IMG/VR virus record: IMGVR_UViG_2588253749_000005
Reading direction: 5' to 3' (one strand)
DNA from: a virus
Lineage: Duplodnaviria > Heunggongvirae > Uroviricota > Caudoviricetes
Length of the DNA: 35,205 bases
Each line of letters starts with the position of its first letter. Position 1 is the stretch's first letter. Shown here in pieces: positions 1-9,591 of the stretch. The notes beneath the pieces were generated by a model. The model had not been told where the DNA came from. It made no database searches and saw only the letters and a program-made list of their open reading frames with translations. Both the position numbers and the translations under genes were made by a program.

Positions 1-1362
1 ATGTTTAAACCGGAACTCCTTTCCCCGGCGGGAACGCTGAAAAATATGCGTTACGCTTTCGCTTATGGCGCAGATGCTGTTTATGCGGGCCAGCCGCGTT
101 ATTCCCTGCGTGTGCGCAACAACGAATTCAACCACGAAAATCTTCAGCTCGGCATCAATGAAGCCCACGCGCTGGGGAAAAAGTTTTATGTCGTGGTCAA
201 CATTGCACCGCACAACGCCAAGCTGAAAACCTTTATCCGTGACCTGAAACCGGTGGTGGAAATGGGGCCGGATGCGCTGATTATGTCCGATCCAGGGCTG
301 ATTATGCTGGTGCGTGAGCACTTCCCTGAAATGCCGATCCACCTTTCGGTGCAGGCTAACGCCGTGAACTGGGCGACGGTGAAATTCTGGCAGCAAATGG
401 GCCTGACCCGCGTGATCCTCTCTCGCGAGCTGTCGCTGGAAGAGATTGAAGAGATCCGCAATCAGGTGCCGGATATGGAGATCGAGATCTTCGTTCACGG
501 CGCGCTGTGCATGGCCTACTCCGGTCGCTGCCTGCTCTCTGGCTATATCAACAAGCGCGACCCGAACCAGGGCACCTGCACCAACGCCTGCCGCTGGGAG
601 TACAACGTCCAGGAAGGGAAAGAAGATGATGTTGGCAACATCGTACACAAGTACGAGCCGATTCCGGTGCAAAATGTTGAGCCGACGCTGGGTATCGGCG
701 CACCAACCGACAAAGTGTTTATGATCGAAGAGGCCCAGCGTCCGGGCGAGTATATGACCGCGTTTGAAGATGAGCACGGCACTTACATCATGAACTCGAA
801 AGATCTGCGCGCCATCGCCCATGTAGAACGCCTGACCAAAATGGGCGTGCATTCGCTGAAAATCGAAGGTCGTACCAAATCTTTCTACTATTGTGCACGC
901 ACCGCACAGGTTTACCGCAAAGCTATCGATGACGCCGCTGCGGGAAAACCGTTCGATACCAGCCTGCTGGAAACTCTGGAAGGTCTGGCGCATCGTGGCT
1001 ATACCGAAGGTTTCCTGCGTCGTCATACTCACGACGATTATCAGAACTACGAATACGGTTATTCAGTTTCTGACCGCCAGCAGTTTGTTGGTGAGTTTAC
1101 CGGTGAGCGCAAGGGGGACCTCGCGGCGGTAGCGGTGAAAAATAAATTCTCCGTTGGCGACAGCCTTGAGCTGATGACGCCGCAAGGCAACATTAATTTT
1201 ACCCTTGAGCACATGGAAAACGCCAAAGGCGAAGCTATGCCGATAGCACCAGGCGATGGTTATACTGTGTGGCTCCCAGTCCCGCAGGATCTTGAGCTCA
1301 ATTACGCGCTGCTGATGCGTAATTTCTCCGGGGAAACCACGCGTAATCCCCACGGTAAGTGA
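1..1362 (+). CDS. yegQ: YegQ, peptidase U32-family protein (tRNA hydroxylation TrhP-type)
   Basis: ATG at position 1, 453-aa ORF ending at 1362; protein sequence recognised as E. coli YegQ; host-like GC-rich codon usage; followed by a hairpin terminator. Confidence 0.9.
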   Translation: MFKPELLSPAGTLKNMRYAFAYGADAVYAGQPRYSLRVRNNEFNHENLQLGINEAHALGKKFYVVVNIAPHNAKLKTFIRDLKPVVEMGPDALIMSDPGLIMLVREHFPEMPIHLSVQANAVNWATVKFWQQMGLTRVILSRELSLEEIEEIRNQVPDMEIEIFVHGALCMAYSGRCLLSGYINKRDPNQGTCTNACRWEYNVQEGKEDDVGNIVHKYEPIPVQNVEPTLGIGAPTDKVFMIEEAQRPGEYMTAFEDEHGTYIMNSKDLRAIAHVERLTKMGVHSLKIEGRTKSFYYCARTAQVYRKAIDDAAAGKPFDTSLLETLEGLAHRGYTEGFLRRHTHDDYQNYEYGYSVSDRQQFVGEFTGERKGDLAAVAVKNKFSVGDSLELMTPQGNINFTLEHMENAKGEAMPIAPGDGYTVWLPVPQDLELNYALLMRNFSGETTRNPHGK

Positions 1363-1506
1363 TTAATTTCGATTATTTTTCCCGGATGGAAAATTCTTAG
1401 AAACCGATCACATACAGCTGCATTTATTAAGGTTATCATCCGTTTCGCTGAAAAACATAACCCATAAAATGCTAGCTGTACCAGGAACCACCTCCTTAGC
1501 CTGTGT

Positions 1507-1533
1507 AATCTCCCTTACACGGGCTTATTTTTT
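1507..1533. other. P2-type attachment site core (prophage end next to ogr)
   Basis: aatctcccttacacgggcttatttttt is the exact reverse complement of the 27-bp P2 att core AAAAAATAAGCCCGTGTAAGGGAGATT as I recall it; it sits between host yegQ and phage ogr. Confidence 0.7.
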
Positions 1534-1597
1534 ACGTACAACAAATTGAAATAAAAGGATTTATTTCTGGTCACGTCCACACATTGACCACATCGAC

Positions 1598-1631
1598 AAA
1601 AAAAGCCCCTCGACTGAGGGGCTTTCTGTTT
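1598..1631. terminator. Bidirectional intrinsic terminator between yegQ and ogr
   Basis: aaaaaaa-GCCCCTC-gact-GAGGGGC-tttctgttt: 7-bp GC stem, 4-nt loop, A7 on one side and a T-rich run on the other; 5 nt downstream of the ogr stop on the minus strand. Confidence 0.75.
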
Positions 1632-1635
1632 GTAA

Positions 1636-1854
1636 TTACATCCACATAATTTGCTGCCCTGACGGCAACGGGTGCGGCCTCACGGCGTGGACTTCTCCCG
1701 GCTTCACGATGTATCGCTGTACCGACTCATAAGTGATGAACGTGGCGCTGCAATTCACGTTCTGGCACTGGTGATAACGCTCTTTTGTCGTGTCAGTGAT
1801 ATAGCGGCTTGTACGCGCATGTGCGGCATGCTGGCATAAAGGACAATGAAACAT
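1636..1854 (-). CDS. ogr: Ogr, zinc-finger late-gene transcription activator
   Basis: 72 aa from the ATG at 1854 (MFHCPLCQHAAHARTSRYITDTTKERYHQCQNVNC...), Cys4 zinc finger, recognised as P2 Ogr; the track ORF 1636..1968 has a non-matching N-terminal extension. Confidence 0.9.
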   Translation of the reverse strand: MFHCPLCQHAAHARTSRYITDTTKERYHQCQNVNCSATFITYESVQRYIVKPGEVHAVRPHPLPSGQQIMWM

Positions 1855-1936
1855 CGCGAGCACCTCTTTCGGTTTTGTTGATGTTGCCATTTTAGTTAAT
1901 TTATCCTTATAAAACAAACAGATAAAATAAAACACA

Positions 1937-3100
1937 TCACTCATCATCTTCGGTTTCGTACTCCACATCAGAAAGCCTTACCTCAAGCTCTAAGGACGTC
2001 GTGAAGCCGCTATTATTCAGAAAATGTGTCACCTTAGTGATTGTCCAGTCCTGCTCGTCTATGACACGCTTAAAGCCTGATACTTTGACCGGTGTTTCCG
2101 TGTAAATATCTGCCCGACCGGTAGCCAGGCTGATGGAGAACTCCGCTACACCCCGTTGCAGTTTATCCCACTTCGCCTGAGCGGCGCGCATGGCCTGCGC
2201 TTTCGTGGCATATACCGTGGTCAGGGCAAAAACGTTGTCAGCCTCACCGGCCATGTATTCACCTTCGCGCGCTTCCGGTACTTTTGGCGCTTTCTTCTGC
2301 GTGACTGGTTTCGCTTTCGGGTGCTCCAGTGCGCGCAGGTGTTTTTCTTTCTTTTTGCGTTTCAGTTTTACCTTCTGCTTTTGCGGCTTCGGGTCTTTGG
2401 TGTGAAGCCACTTTGCCGTTACGCCGGTATAGGCTCCACGGTCAGCAATCGCAAAATGGTGGCGGTCGCCGTCGCTGCGGGTTATGGTGACCTGCGGGAT
2501 TTTTTTACCGCTGGCCGTCACCCCCTGCCCCGCTTTGAGAAACAACAGTTTTCCCATTTTTACCGAGACCTCACCGCCGTTGCGTTCTGCAAGACGGGTC
2601 AGGAATTTCGCATCAGACTCCTGCGACTGGTCTATGTGCGGGATTTTAATTCCGGCCAGTGACGGAGCGACACTGGCTTCCAGCCTGTTACGGGAGGCTA
2701 TCGCCTCAACAATCGCACCGAGCGTGGTGTCATGCCAGGAGCCTTCCCGGCGGGAATTGAGCGTCCCGCGAAAATCTGCACTCCGGGCGCGGATGGTGAC
2801 CACATCCGGTGCGCCCCGGTGTTCAACCTCATCAACGGTAAATTTCCCTTTGCATACCAGGGCAAAACCTTTCCAGCCGATATACACCGTCAGGACAGCG
2901 CCACGAACCGGCAGCCCGACCTGCCCGTCGGCATCGTTCAGTTCAATATCAAGCTGGTCAGCCTCAAAGCCCCGGTTATCTGTCAGGGTCATGCTCATCA
3001 GACGGTCGCTGATATTGCCGGTAATATCCCTGCTGTCGAGCATCAGCATGTAATCCGGCGTCAGCGTACTGCCTGCATCAAATGTCAGCGCATCCAGCAT
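1937..3100 (-). CDS. D: Tail protein D
   Basis: 387 aa, ATG at 3100, recognised as P2 gpD; position between ogr and U. Confidence 0.9.
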   Translation of the reverse strand: MLDALTFDAGSTLTPDYMLMLDSRDITGNISDRLMSMTLTDNRGFEADQLDIELNDADGQVGLPVRGAVLTVYIGWKGFALVCKGKFTVDEVEHRGAPDVVTIRARSADFRGTLNSRREGSWHDTTLGAIVEAIASRNRLEASVAPSLAGIKIPHIDQSQESDAKFLTRLAERNGGEVSVKMGKLLFLKAGQGVTASGKKIPQVTITRSDGDRHHFAIADRGAYTGVTAKWLHTKDPKPQKQKVKLKRKKKEKHLRALEHPKAKPVTQKKAPKVPEAREGEYMAGEADNVFALTTVYATKAQAMRAAQAKWDKLQRGVAEFSISLATGRADIYTETPVKVSGFKRVIDEQDWTITKVTHFLNNSGFTTSLELEVRLSDVEYETEDDE

Positions 3101-3579
3101 TATCCCGCCCCCGTCATACCCGTGAATTTAGTCGCCATACTGCCAGCCTTACCGATGAGCGATTCCGCCTGTTTACCGATATCGCCATAAAGCGCGGCCA
3201 GTGATTCATCAACGCGGGTGAGCGACAGCGTAAAATCAATTTTCCGGGGTGTGCCGTCTGCAAAGAAAATACTCCCTGTTTCACTCACCTTGCTGATGAC
3301 ATACATGCCGTAAATCATGCCGGTACCATTCAGCAACGGCCACGCCCGGCCTTCATCTGCCATCAGTCTGAGCGTGGTCATCGTCAGCTTGCCGCCGGTC
3401 AGTTCGGGATAAAGCACGCCTGCAAGCGTAATGTTTTCCTCACCCACACCGAGAAACTGAAAGGCATCCCGTTTACCGATACAGGAATTTGACGGCCAGC
3501 GATAATCTGATTCACGCTGCATGGTCTGGTGTGGCAGCGTCTGGCGCATAAAAACAAACATACCTAACGCGAGCATCAT
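3100..3579 (-). CDS. U: Tail protein U
   Basis: 159 aa, ATG at 3579 preceded by GGAGGTGA RBS; recognised as P2 gpU; overlaps the D start. Confidence 0.9.
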   Translation of the reverse strand: MMLALGMFVFMRQTLPHQTMQRESDYRWPSNSCIGKRDAFQFLGVGEENITLAGVLYPELTGGKLTMTTLRLMADEGRAWPLLNGTGMIYGMYVISKVSETGSIFFADGTPRKIDFTLSLTRVDESLAALYGDIGKQAESLIGKAGSMATKFTGMTGAG

Positions 3580-3593
3580 TTTTCGTCACCTCC

Positions 3594-6041
3594 TTAACCG
3601 TCATGCATCATGCTGGCACGGGTGCGCGCACGTTTATCCCGCTCGTATTTTTCGAGCGCATCCTGTAACTGGCGGTCGAGCTGTGTCCCCTGCGCAGTAC
3701 CGCCCGTCAGGTTGATGTGATATTCGTTTTTACTCTGGTCCACATAAGAGCGGCCAGCCGGTGCCGTAACTGGCTGATAAGCCTGATAGCCAGCATAAGA
3801 GCTGGTCGCCGGAATATAACCACCGGTGCCATACGTGGCGGCATGAGTTCTGGCGGCAGTCTGGTCAAGCGTGCCTGACTCTTTGTTGATGACGCCGAGT
3901 TTTTCCAGTACCCAGTCAATACCGCCGCGCAGTTTGTTGAACGCATTAAGCGGCAGCATCAGCGCGTCAGCCAGTGCCTGCCCGAACATGACGCCCGTGT
4001 CACGGCAACGGTTCAGGGTGTCCTGGGTGGCTTTGACCGGGGCAATCAAGTTTTTAAACCACTGCCACGCGGCCTGTAACTTTTCGCCCAGCCAGTCAAA
4101 CACCGGCTTAAGTGGCGTGAACAGTTCCCCCACCGGCGCAAATGCCGCTTTCAGCCCTTCCACCACACCGCCAAAGAATGCGCTGACAGGCTCCCAGTAT
4201 TTACGGATAAGCAACGCCCCGGCGACAATGGCGGCCACCACGGCCACAACCGGCCAGCTAATCGCCCCGATGGCCGTCATAACAGCACTGCCAACCGTCG
4301 TGAAGACTGCCCCCATTGCGCCTGCTGCCGCGATGATGGCATTGATGCCAGTGATAACCGGCCAGGCTACAAGACCAATTGCACCGATGATGCCAGTAAG
4401 CGCCAGCGCGCCACCGGCAATGATGCCAATGGTTGACGCCAGTGATTTGTTTTTCTGGATCCAGCCGTCGAGTTTTAACACATACTTTGTGGCCGTCTGT
4501 GTGAGCTTACGCAGTGCGCCTTCCTGCTGGTCAAACAGGTCTGTCCCCACCGCCTCATAAGCGGACTGAAACTCCTTAAAGTCACCGCCGAGGTTGTCCT
4601 GCATGATATTTACCAGCTCGGCAGTCTTCCCGTCTGAGGCTTTAAACGCAGCGGTCAGTTTGTCCAGCTTTCCGGTTGAGGCGGCAGTCATCAGCACGGC
4701 GGCGGCTGAGCTGGCCTCCTCCCCGAAAATAGTTTTCATGTATTCAGCCTGCTGGGCAGTACCGAGCCGGTTTTTCTCAAAACTGGCCTGCATTTCTTTC
4801 AGAATGGTAAATACTGGCCGGGTGTTTCCCTTGCTGTCTGAGGTTTTCACGCCAAGCTCTTTGAGTGCATCCCATGCTTTTCCCGTTGGTGCCTGCAGGC
4901 GACTTAACACGGCACGGCTTCCCGTCCCCGCCATTGAGCCTGTAATTTTTGCATCATGCAGCGCCCCGACCATTGCGGCGGTTTCTTCAATGCTGACACC
5001 GGCATTTTTTGCCACAGGTGCGGCATAGGTCAGCGCATCGCTCATGCCGTCAAAATCGGCGGCGGTTTTGTTCATCGTCATGGAGAGAACATCCCCGATA
5101 TGAGCGACCTTATCGTTTGAAAGCTGAAAGGCGGATTTCATCCCCATCAGCAGGGCGGCGTTTTCTTCCATCGTGCGGCGGTTCGCCAGCGCCATGTTCA
5201 GCGTGACCGGCGTTGCCGCCTGAATGGCATCAACATCCCCACCGGCTTTCGCAATAATAATCTGCGCACCGGCTGCATCATCTGCCGAGGCGGCGGTATT
5301 GTCGCCGAGCTGGCGCGCCTGTTTGCGTAATGCGGCCATTTCGGCGGAGTCTTTTGCCACACCGAGCACAGCCTGCAATTCTGAGTTTTTCTGCGCAAAC
5401 TCATAACCGGGCATCAGCAGCTTAACACCGGCCATCGTTCCCGCAGCAGCAATCCCCACACCGGCAGCGCCCACTGAGGCCATATTTCCTGCCAGTTCCT
5501 TTCCGGCCTGATAACGCTGTTTTACTGCGTTAAGTTTTGCCTGTTGTGCACTGACACGCGCCAGTGCGTCGCGCTGACGGTTAAGCTGTGCGGTGGTTTC
5601 ACTGATACGGTTTTTCAGCCCCTGCTCATCATGTGCAAGATTGCGGGTATTAATTCCCACAGCGGCCAGTTCCCGCTGCTGGCGCTTAACGGAATCCGTC
5701 AGGCGGTTATATTTCGCCTGTAAGTCCTCCGCCGCACGCTTTGCGGATTCCAGCACTTTCGCCTGAGCACGGGTCGGACGTTCGGTGTTTTTAAACTGTG
5801 TGGCAAGGGCTTCGGCTTCCTGCCGAGCCTTTTCAAGTGCATGACCAGTCACGGCGAGCTGCGCACTGGTCTTGCGAAATCCCTCAATACGGGACGCCTG
5901 ACCGTTCAGCTCGCGCAGTGATTTTTGTGTTTCCCGGATATCCCCCGACAGCGACTTGCTCGCTGTACGGATGGATTTAAACGGGCGGGATGCCTGGTCA
6001 ACAGCCCTGAGCAATACCTGTAATTTTACATTGTTACTCAT
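3594..6041 (-). CDS. T: Tail tape measure protein T
   Basis: 815 aa, ATG at 6041; coiled-coil N-terminal half and Gly/Ala-rich hydrophobic central segment; P2 gpT position. Confidence 0.9.
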   Translation of the reverse strand: MSNNVKLQVLLRAVDQASRPFKSIRTASKSLSGDIRETQKSLRELNGQASRIEGFRKTSAQLAVTGHALEKARQEAEALATQFKNTERPTRAQAKVLESAKRAAEDLQAKYNRLTDSVKRQQRELAAVGINTRNLAHDEQGLKNRISETTAQLNRQRDALARVSAQQAKLNAVKQRYQAGKELAGNMASVGAAGVGIAAAGTMAGVKLLMPGYEFAQKNSELQAVLGVAKDSAEMAALRKQARQLGDNTAASADDAAGAQIIIAKAGGDVDAIQAATPVTLNMALANRRTMEENAALLMGMKSAFQLSNDKVAHIGDVLSMTMNKTAADFDGMSDALTYAAPVAKNAGVSIEETAAMVGALHDAKITGSMAGTGSRAVLSRLQAPTGKAWDALKELGVKTSDSKGNTRPVFTILKEMQASFEKNRLGTAQQAEYMKTIFGEEASSAAAVLMTAASTGKLDKLTAAFKASDGKTAELVNIMQDNLGGDFKEFQSAYEAVGTDLFDQQEGALRKLTQTATKYVLKLDGWIQKNKSLASTIGIIAGGALALTGIIGAIGLVAWPVITGINAIIAAAGAMGAVFTTVGSAVMTAIGAISWPVVAVVAAIVAGALLIRKYWEPVSAFFGGVVEGLKAAFAPVGELFTPLKPVFDWLGEKLQAAWQWFKNLIAPVKATQDTLNRCRDTGVMFGQALADALMLPLNAFNKLRGGIDWVLEKLGVINKESGTLDQTAARTHAATYGTGGYIPATSSYAGYQAYQPVTAPAGRSYVDQSKNEYHINLTGGTAQGTQLDRQLQDALEKYERDKRARTRASMMHDG

Positions 6042-6461
6042 TCGTGTTTCCGCTTCGCCGGAGCGCCTTTTCGCGCCATGTGATGAGTTCGGTCAGGCTC
6101 ATGGGATACAGTTCTGATGGCGGCCAGTGAAATATCACAGCCACATCTGCCATCAGGTCATCGACCGAGAGATTTTTCGGAAACGTCACTGCACCGAGTT
6201 CGGCGACAAAAAACCGACCACCTTACCGGCCAGCGCCACAAGGTCAGGCAGTTCCAGCGCGGCGACTTCCTGCTCGGTCAGCATCGGTGCCGTCATGCGC
6301 GGCAGCACCTTAATCAGTGCATCGACTTCAGAGTTCGCGACCGCAGCCAGACTGACACCGCGCAGCGTCCCGGCATTGGGTTTCATCAGCGTGACCTGTT
6401 CGATAACCTGCTCACCACGCTTGACCGGATTGTCCAGGGTAATCACATTTTCTTTGTTCAT
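6034..6461 (-). CDS. E+E' tail chaperone fusion made by programmed -1 ribosomal frameshift
   Basis: Zero-frame heptamer T TTT TTG on the minus strand (plus coordinates 6207..6213); the -1 frame continues open for 57 codons (VAELGAVTFPKNLSVDDLMADVAVIFHWPP...) to a TAA at 6034..6036, 2 nt before the T start; total about 142 aa as for P2 E+E'. Confidence 0.8.
6186..6461 (-). CDS. E: Tail assembly chaperone E
   Basis: 91 aa, ATG at 6461; recognised as P2 gpE; slippery TTTTTTG near its 3' end. Confidence 0.88.
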   Translation of the reverse strand: MNKENVITLDNPVKRGEQVIEQVTLMKPNAGTLRGVSLAAVANSEVDALIKVLPRMTAPMLTEQEVAALELPDLVALAGKVVGFLSPNSVQ

Positions 6462-6517
6462 GGTTTTCTCACTTATGAATCGGGGTTAACCGGTCAGCCA
6501 GGCTGACCGGATGAAAA

Positions 6518-7036
6518 TCACAGGCCGATATTGCGGCGGTGTTGCTCCAGCCGGTCGACGCCGTTCACCTTCTCAATCATGTTGATGGTGTCGATTTCGA
6601 CCAGCTCCTTACCGTCCATCGTCAGCCGGAAATAGGTGCAGACCACGGAGATTTTCGACTCGGTGTCTTCTCCCTGTTTGCCCTCGCCGGTGTCGATTTC
6701 TTTCTGACGTCCACGCATGACCACCTCGACGGCCACCGTTTCGCCGGTATCGTCGCGCTGGTAAGAGCCTGCAAAACGAATCGGTACGGCATCCACACCG
6801 GTTGCGGCGTAAAGCTCCCAGATAACCGAATCCGGGAAGCCACCGAGCGACCACTCCATTGACAGCGCATCGTCATCAAGGCCGAGGTCTACCGGTGCGC
6901 TGCCGTTCATCCCCGCACCGCGATAGTTTTCGAGCTTACGGGTCAGTTTTGGCAGCGTGACGGACTTCGCGACGCCCTGATAGCTGTAGCCGTTCAGAAA
7001 GACGTTCATTAACTTGAGTTTGCGCGGCATTGCCAT
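6518..7036 (-). CDS. FII: Tail tube protein FII
   Basis: 172 aa, ATG at 7036; recognised as P2 gpFII. Confidence 0.9.
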   Translation of the reverse strand: MAMPRKLKLMNVFLNGYSYQGVAKSVTLPKLTRKLENYRGAGMNGSAPVDLGLDDDALSMEWSLGGFPDSVIWELYAATGVDAVPIRFAGSYQRDDTGETVAVEVVMRGRQKEIDTGEGKQGEDTESKISVVCTYFRLTMDGKELVEIDTINMIEKVNGVDRLEQHRRNIGL

Positions 7037-7048
7037 CGGTCAGGCTCC

Positions 7049-8239
7049 TTAATTGCTGTTAACCGAGGTGACCAGATTTGCCAGGTATTTATCGGTAATA
7101 CGCTGGCGCAGGGTCAGGTTTTCGAGAGGAGGCACCGGTGTATAGTCGTAGTCGATATACAGTTTTCCGGCCTTGAGGGTTTCCGCATCGTTGGATTCTT
7201 CGCTGAACCAGCAGGTCGCATCCACGATATAGCCGTTTGTTTTCAGCTCACGGAATTTGGCATTGATGCCGTCAACGATGTCGCGAATCAGCGTTGCAGT
7301 GATGGGCTTGTCCACCGCCCACATGTGCGCCTCAGCCATCGTGTCGGCCAGCACCTGCGCGGTGCGGGTGTAGTTTTCAAAGAGGAACAGCGGGTCATCA
7401 GAGCAGGTACGGTTACCCCAGAAGCGGAAACCGTCACGGCGAATCAGCGTTGTGACACCTGACTCGTTCAACAGGTCAGCATCGGTGCCGGACTCCTGCA
7501 AATCCCAGAATACAGAGGCACTGATGCCGGTAACACCGTTTACCCCGACGTTGGACAGCGTTTTATGCCAGCCCTGCTCCTGGTCGATTTTGGCACGCAG
7601 ACCCAGCGCACGGGCGGTGGCATACGCGGTGGCGGTGGTACTGGCGACCGTATCCCATGCGAGGAAATCCGGCCAGATGACCATCAGCTCTCGCTGGCTG
7701 AAATTCTGGCGGTAGGCTTTCACCTCGGAAATGGTTTTACAGCCCCATGCGCTGATATACCCGAAAGCGCGCAGCTTCTGACAGACGGATGCCAGTGCAA
7801 CAGCCACCTCTTTGGTGTCCAGTCCCGGCACGCCGAGAATACGCGGTTTAACACCGGTTACCGACTCTGCCGCCAGCAGGGCTTTCAGTCCGGTATACTG
7901 ACCGTTTTCGTCAGTGGTGCCGATGATATTGGAAACGGTCTGCGCGAGTTTCGTTTCCTCGTCGTCGCCGGTGCCGTCTTCCACGCGCACAACAACAGTC
8001 ACTGGTTTTGACTGGTCGGCGATGGCCTGCAACGATGCCGCCAGCGTGCCTTTTTTACCGGCCTTTGCAATTGCGGTCTGCACATTGGTAATCAGCACAG
8101 GTTTATTGAGGGGGAAGGTTTCCGCATCCGCATCGCTGGCCGTGCAGACCATGCCGACAATGGCCGTGGATACAGTGGAAATGACGCGGGTGCCCTCGTT
8201 AATCTCCAGCACCTGCACGCCGTGATGATAGTCACTCAT
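7049..8239 (-). CDS. FI: Tail sheath protein FI
   Basis: 396 aa, ATG at 8239; recognised as P2 gpFI. Confidence 0.92.
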   Translation of the reverse strand: MSDYHHGVQVLEINEGTRVISTVSTAIVGMVCTASDADAETFPLNKPVLITNVQTAIAKAGKKGTLAASLQAIADQSKPVTVVVRVEDGTGDDEETKLAQTVSNIIGTTDENGQYTGLKALLAAESVTGVKPRILGVPGLDTKEVAVALASVCQKLRAFGYISAWGCKTISEVKAYRQNFSQRELMVIWPDFLAWDTVASTTATAYATARALGLRAKIDQEQGWHKTLSNVGVNGVTGISASVFWDLQESGTDADLLNESGVTTLIRRDGFRFWGNRTCSDDPLFLFENYTRTAQVLADTMAEAHMWAVDKPITATLIRDIVDGINAKFRELKTNGYIVDATCWFSEESNDAETLKAGKLYIDYDYTPVPPLENLTLRQRITDKYLANLVTSVNSN

Positions 8240-8337
8240 CCGTTTAACTCCGTGGTTAATGGGTGCAATTATTTTCTGTTGTGCAGAGCATGAGACGCTA
8301 TTTGACCTGGCTGGTCAGTGGATGAAACAACAGATAA

Positions 8338-8358
8338 AGAAAAGGCGGACAATCCGCC
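8338..8358 (-). terminator. Intrinsic terminator at the 3' side of the FI-G cargo island
   Basis: Minus strand reads GGCGG-attgt-CCGCC followed by TTTTTT; lies between the cargo gene ending at 8725 and the FI upstream region. Confidence 0.5.
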
Positions 8359-8724
8359 CGCCTGTCATGATTTGTACTCACTTATTTCCCGACTGACAAT
8401 TTACATAGCCAAAACGCTATCAAATCTGACAGTCTGCTTTGAGCGATCTGCGGACATTACTAACAGCATTCTGTATGAATAACGGGGGGTAGATCATTCC
8501 TGTCCTCACGACGACGCCTATCTATCATACAGTCGTTCTTTGGATCAAGACGCGTTCTGAAATGGTGTTTTTATGTATGTGCTGAATTCTGGGGCATAGA
8601 GTAAACCTTTCAAATTGCCAGAAACAGAAATGTGCGATTTAGTTGTCAAGTAATACCGGATATTTCAGCGATTCATCAAGAAATCATCGACCAGGCTGCT
8701 GTACATTCTCATCGGACGATTTTA

Positions 8725-9591
8725 CTATTCCTCAAGATCGCAGTTACTGCAATGACCTTCCATCCGGAATGCACCACATTCACAAGGCTCCATAGGAACA
8801 AAACCATCCATCTTGCTGTATTCACATTTATACCAGAGACAGACACCGGCCCTTTGTTCCGGTAAATAAATTACGGATGGGACACTACATTCAGGACATT
8901 CCTGAAAATCCCAAGTTTGCAGATTATTCAGGCTGAAACCACAACAGATACAGTGAGTCCGTGCCGGAAAGCTTTCACCTTGGTAAAGGATAAAATGTGA
9001 AAAACTCTCACAAACGGGACAAAGTGCAAGGGTGTATTCCTGGTTAACAGTTATATCAAGGAATTGTTGCTCAAGAGCGATGATGTCTTGACGTAAATCA
9101 GAGTTCCATGAATTTTCGGTCTCATCTGACTGAATTATGACGAATGCGGGACGAAAAATTTGTTGGTACAGTTCACTCAGTTGCATTGACAGTTCTTGCG
9201 GACGAACCTCAAGGGCAAAATGCTGAAGGTTATTACGCAACTGACCCACCGTTTTCATCATTTGTAATGCAGATTCAGAAAATTCGGCTGGGTAATATGT
9301 CTTTAACAGCTTACAAAGCTGGCTGACGTTGACAGATTTACACTGGTGTAATTCTGACTCGGTTGGATGCGCCGGATCCACACATTTTTCTTGAAGCGAT
9401 GCTGGATTAAAAATCGCTCCAGACCCATTGCGCGAAACTACGGCCTTCAATAATAGCTCAGCGGCCTGAAAGAGGTTAAGCAGGCACTGTTTGTAGTCAC
9501 GTCGATCATGCCCTTCTAGCGCTTTGTTAAAGTAGTCCAGCCCGGTTTTCACTGAATCCAACGCATTTTCTAGTAAGTTAAAACGGACCAT
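8725..9591 (-). CDS. Uncharacterised cargo protein: helical N-terminal domain with HEPN-like R-x4-H motif (RNNLQH) plus Cys-rich zinc-ribbon-like C-terminus
   Basis: Track ORF 8725..9666 starts at GTG; preferred start is the ATG at 9591 preceded by a G-rich RBS (about 288 aa); alternative ATG at 9615; C-terminal 100 aa has CPVC, CICC, CPEC, C-x4-C, CEC and CSNC motifs; AT-rich relative to phage genes. Confidence 0.6.
   Translation of the reverse strand: MVRFNLLENALDSVKTGLDYFNKALEGHDRRDYKQCLLNLFQAAELLLKAVVSRNGSGAIFNPASLQEKCVDPAHPTESELHQCKSVNVSQLCKLLKTYYPAEFSESALQMMKTVGQLRNNLQHFALEVRPQELSMQLSELYQQIFRPAFVIIQSDETENSWNSDLRQDIIALEQQFLDITVNQEYTLALCPVCESFSHFILYQGESFPARTHCICCGFSLNNLQTWDFQECPECSVPSVIYLPEQRAGVCLWYKCEYSKMDGFVPMEPCECGAFRMEGHCSNCDLEE

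Noticed and set aside
2156-2662. Long antisense or overlapping ORFs inside phage structural genes (for example 2156..2662, 2484..3053, 3871..4560, 12641..13522, 14658..15269, 21177..21770, 24108..24818, 25332..25781)
   Set aside because: They lie entirely within well-supported P2 homolog genes on the other strand or in other frames, have no RBS, and are the usual shadow ORFs of GC-rich coding DNA.
8632-8865. 77-aa plus-strand ORF antisense to the 3' end of the HEPN-like gene
   Set aside because: GTG start, no RBS, overlaps a better-supported gene.
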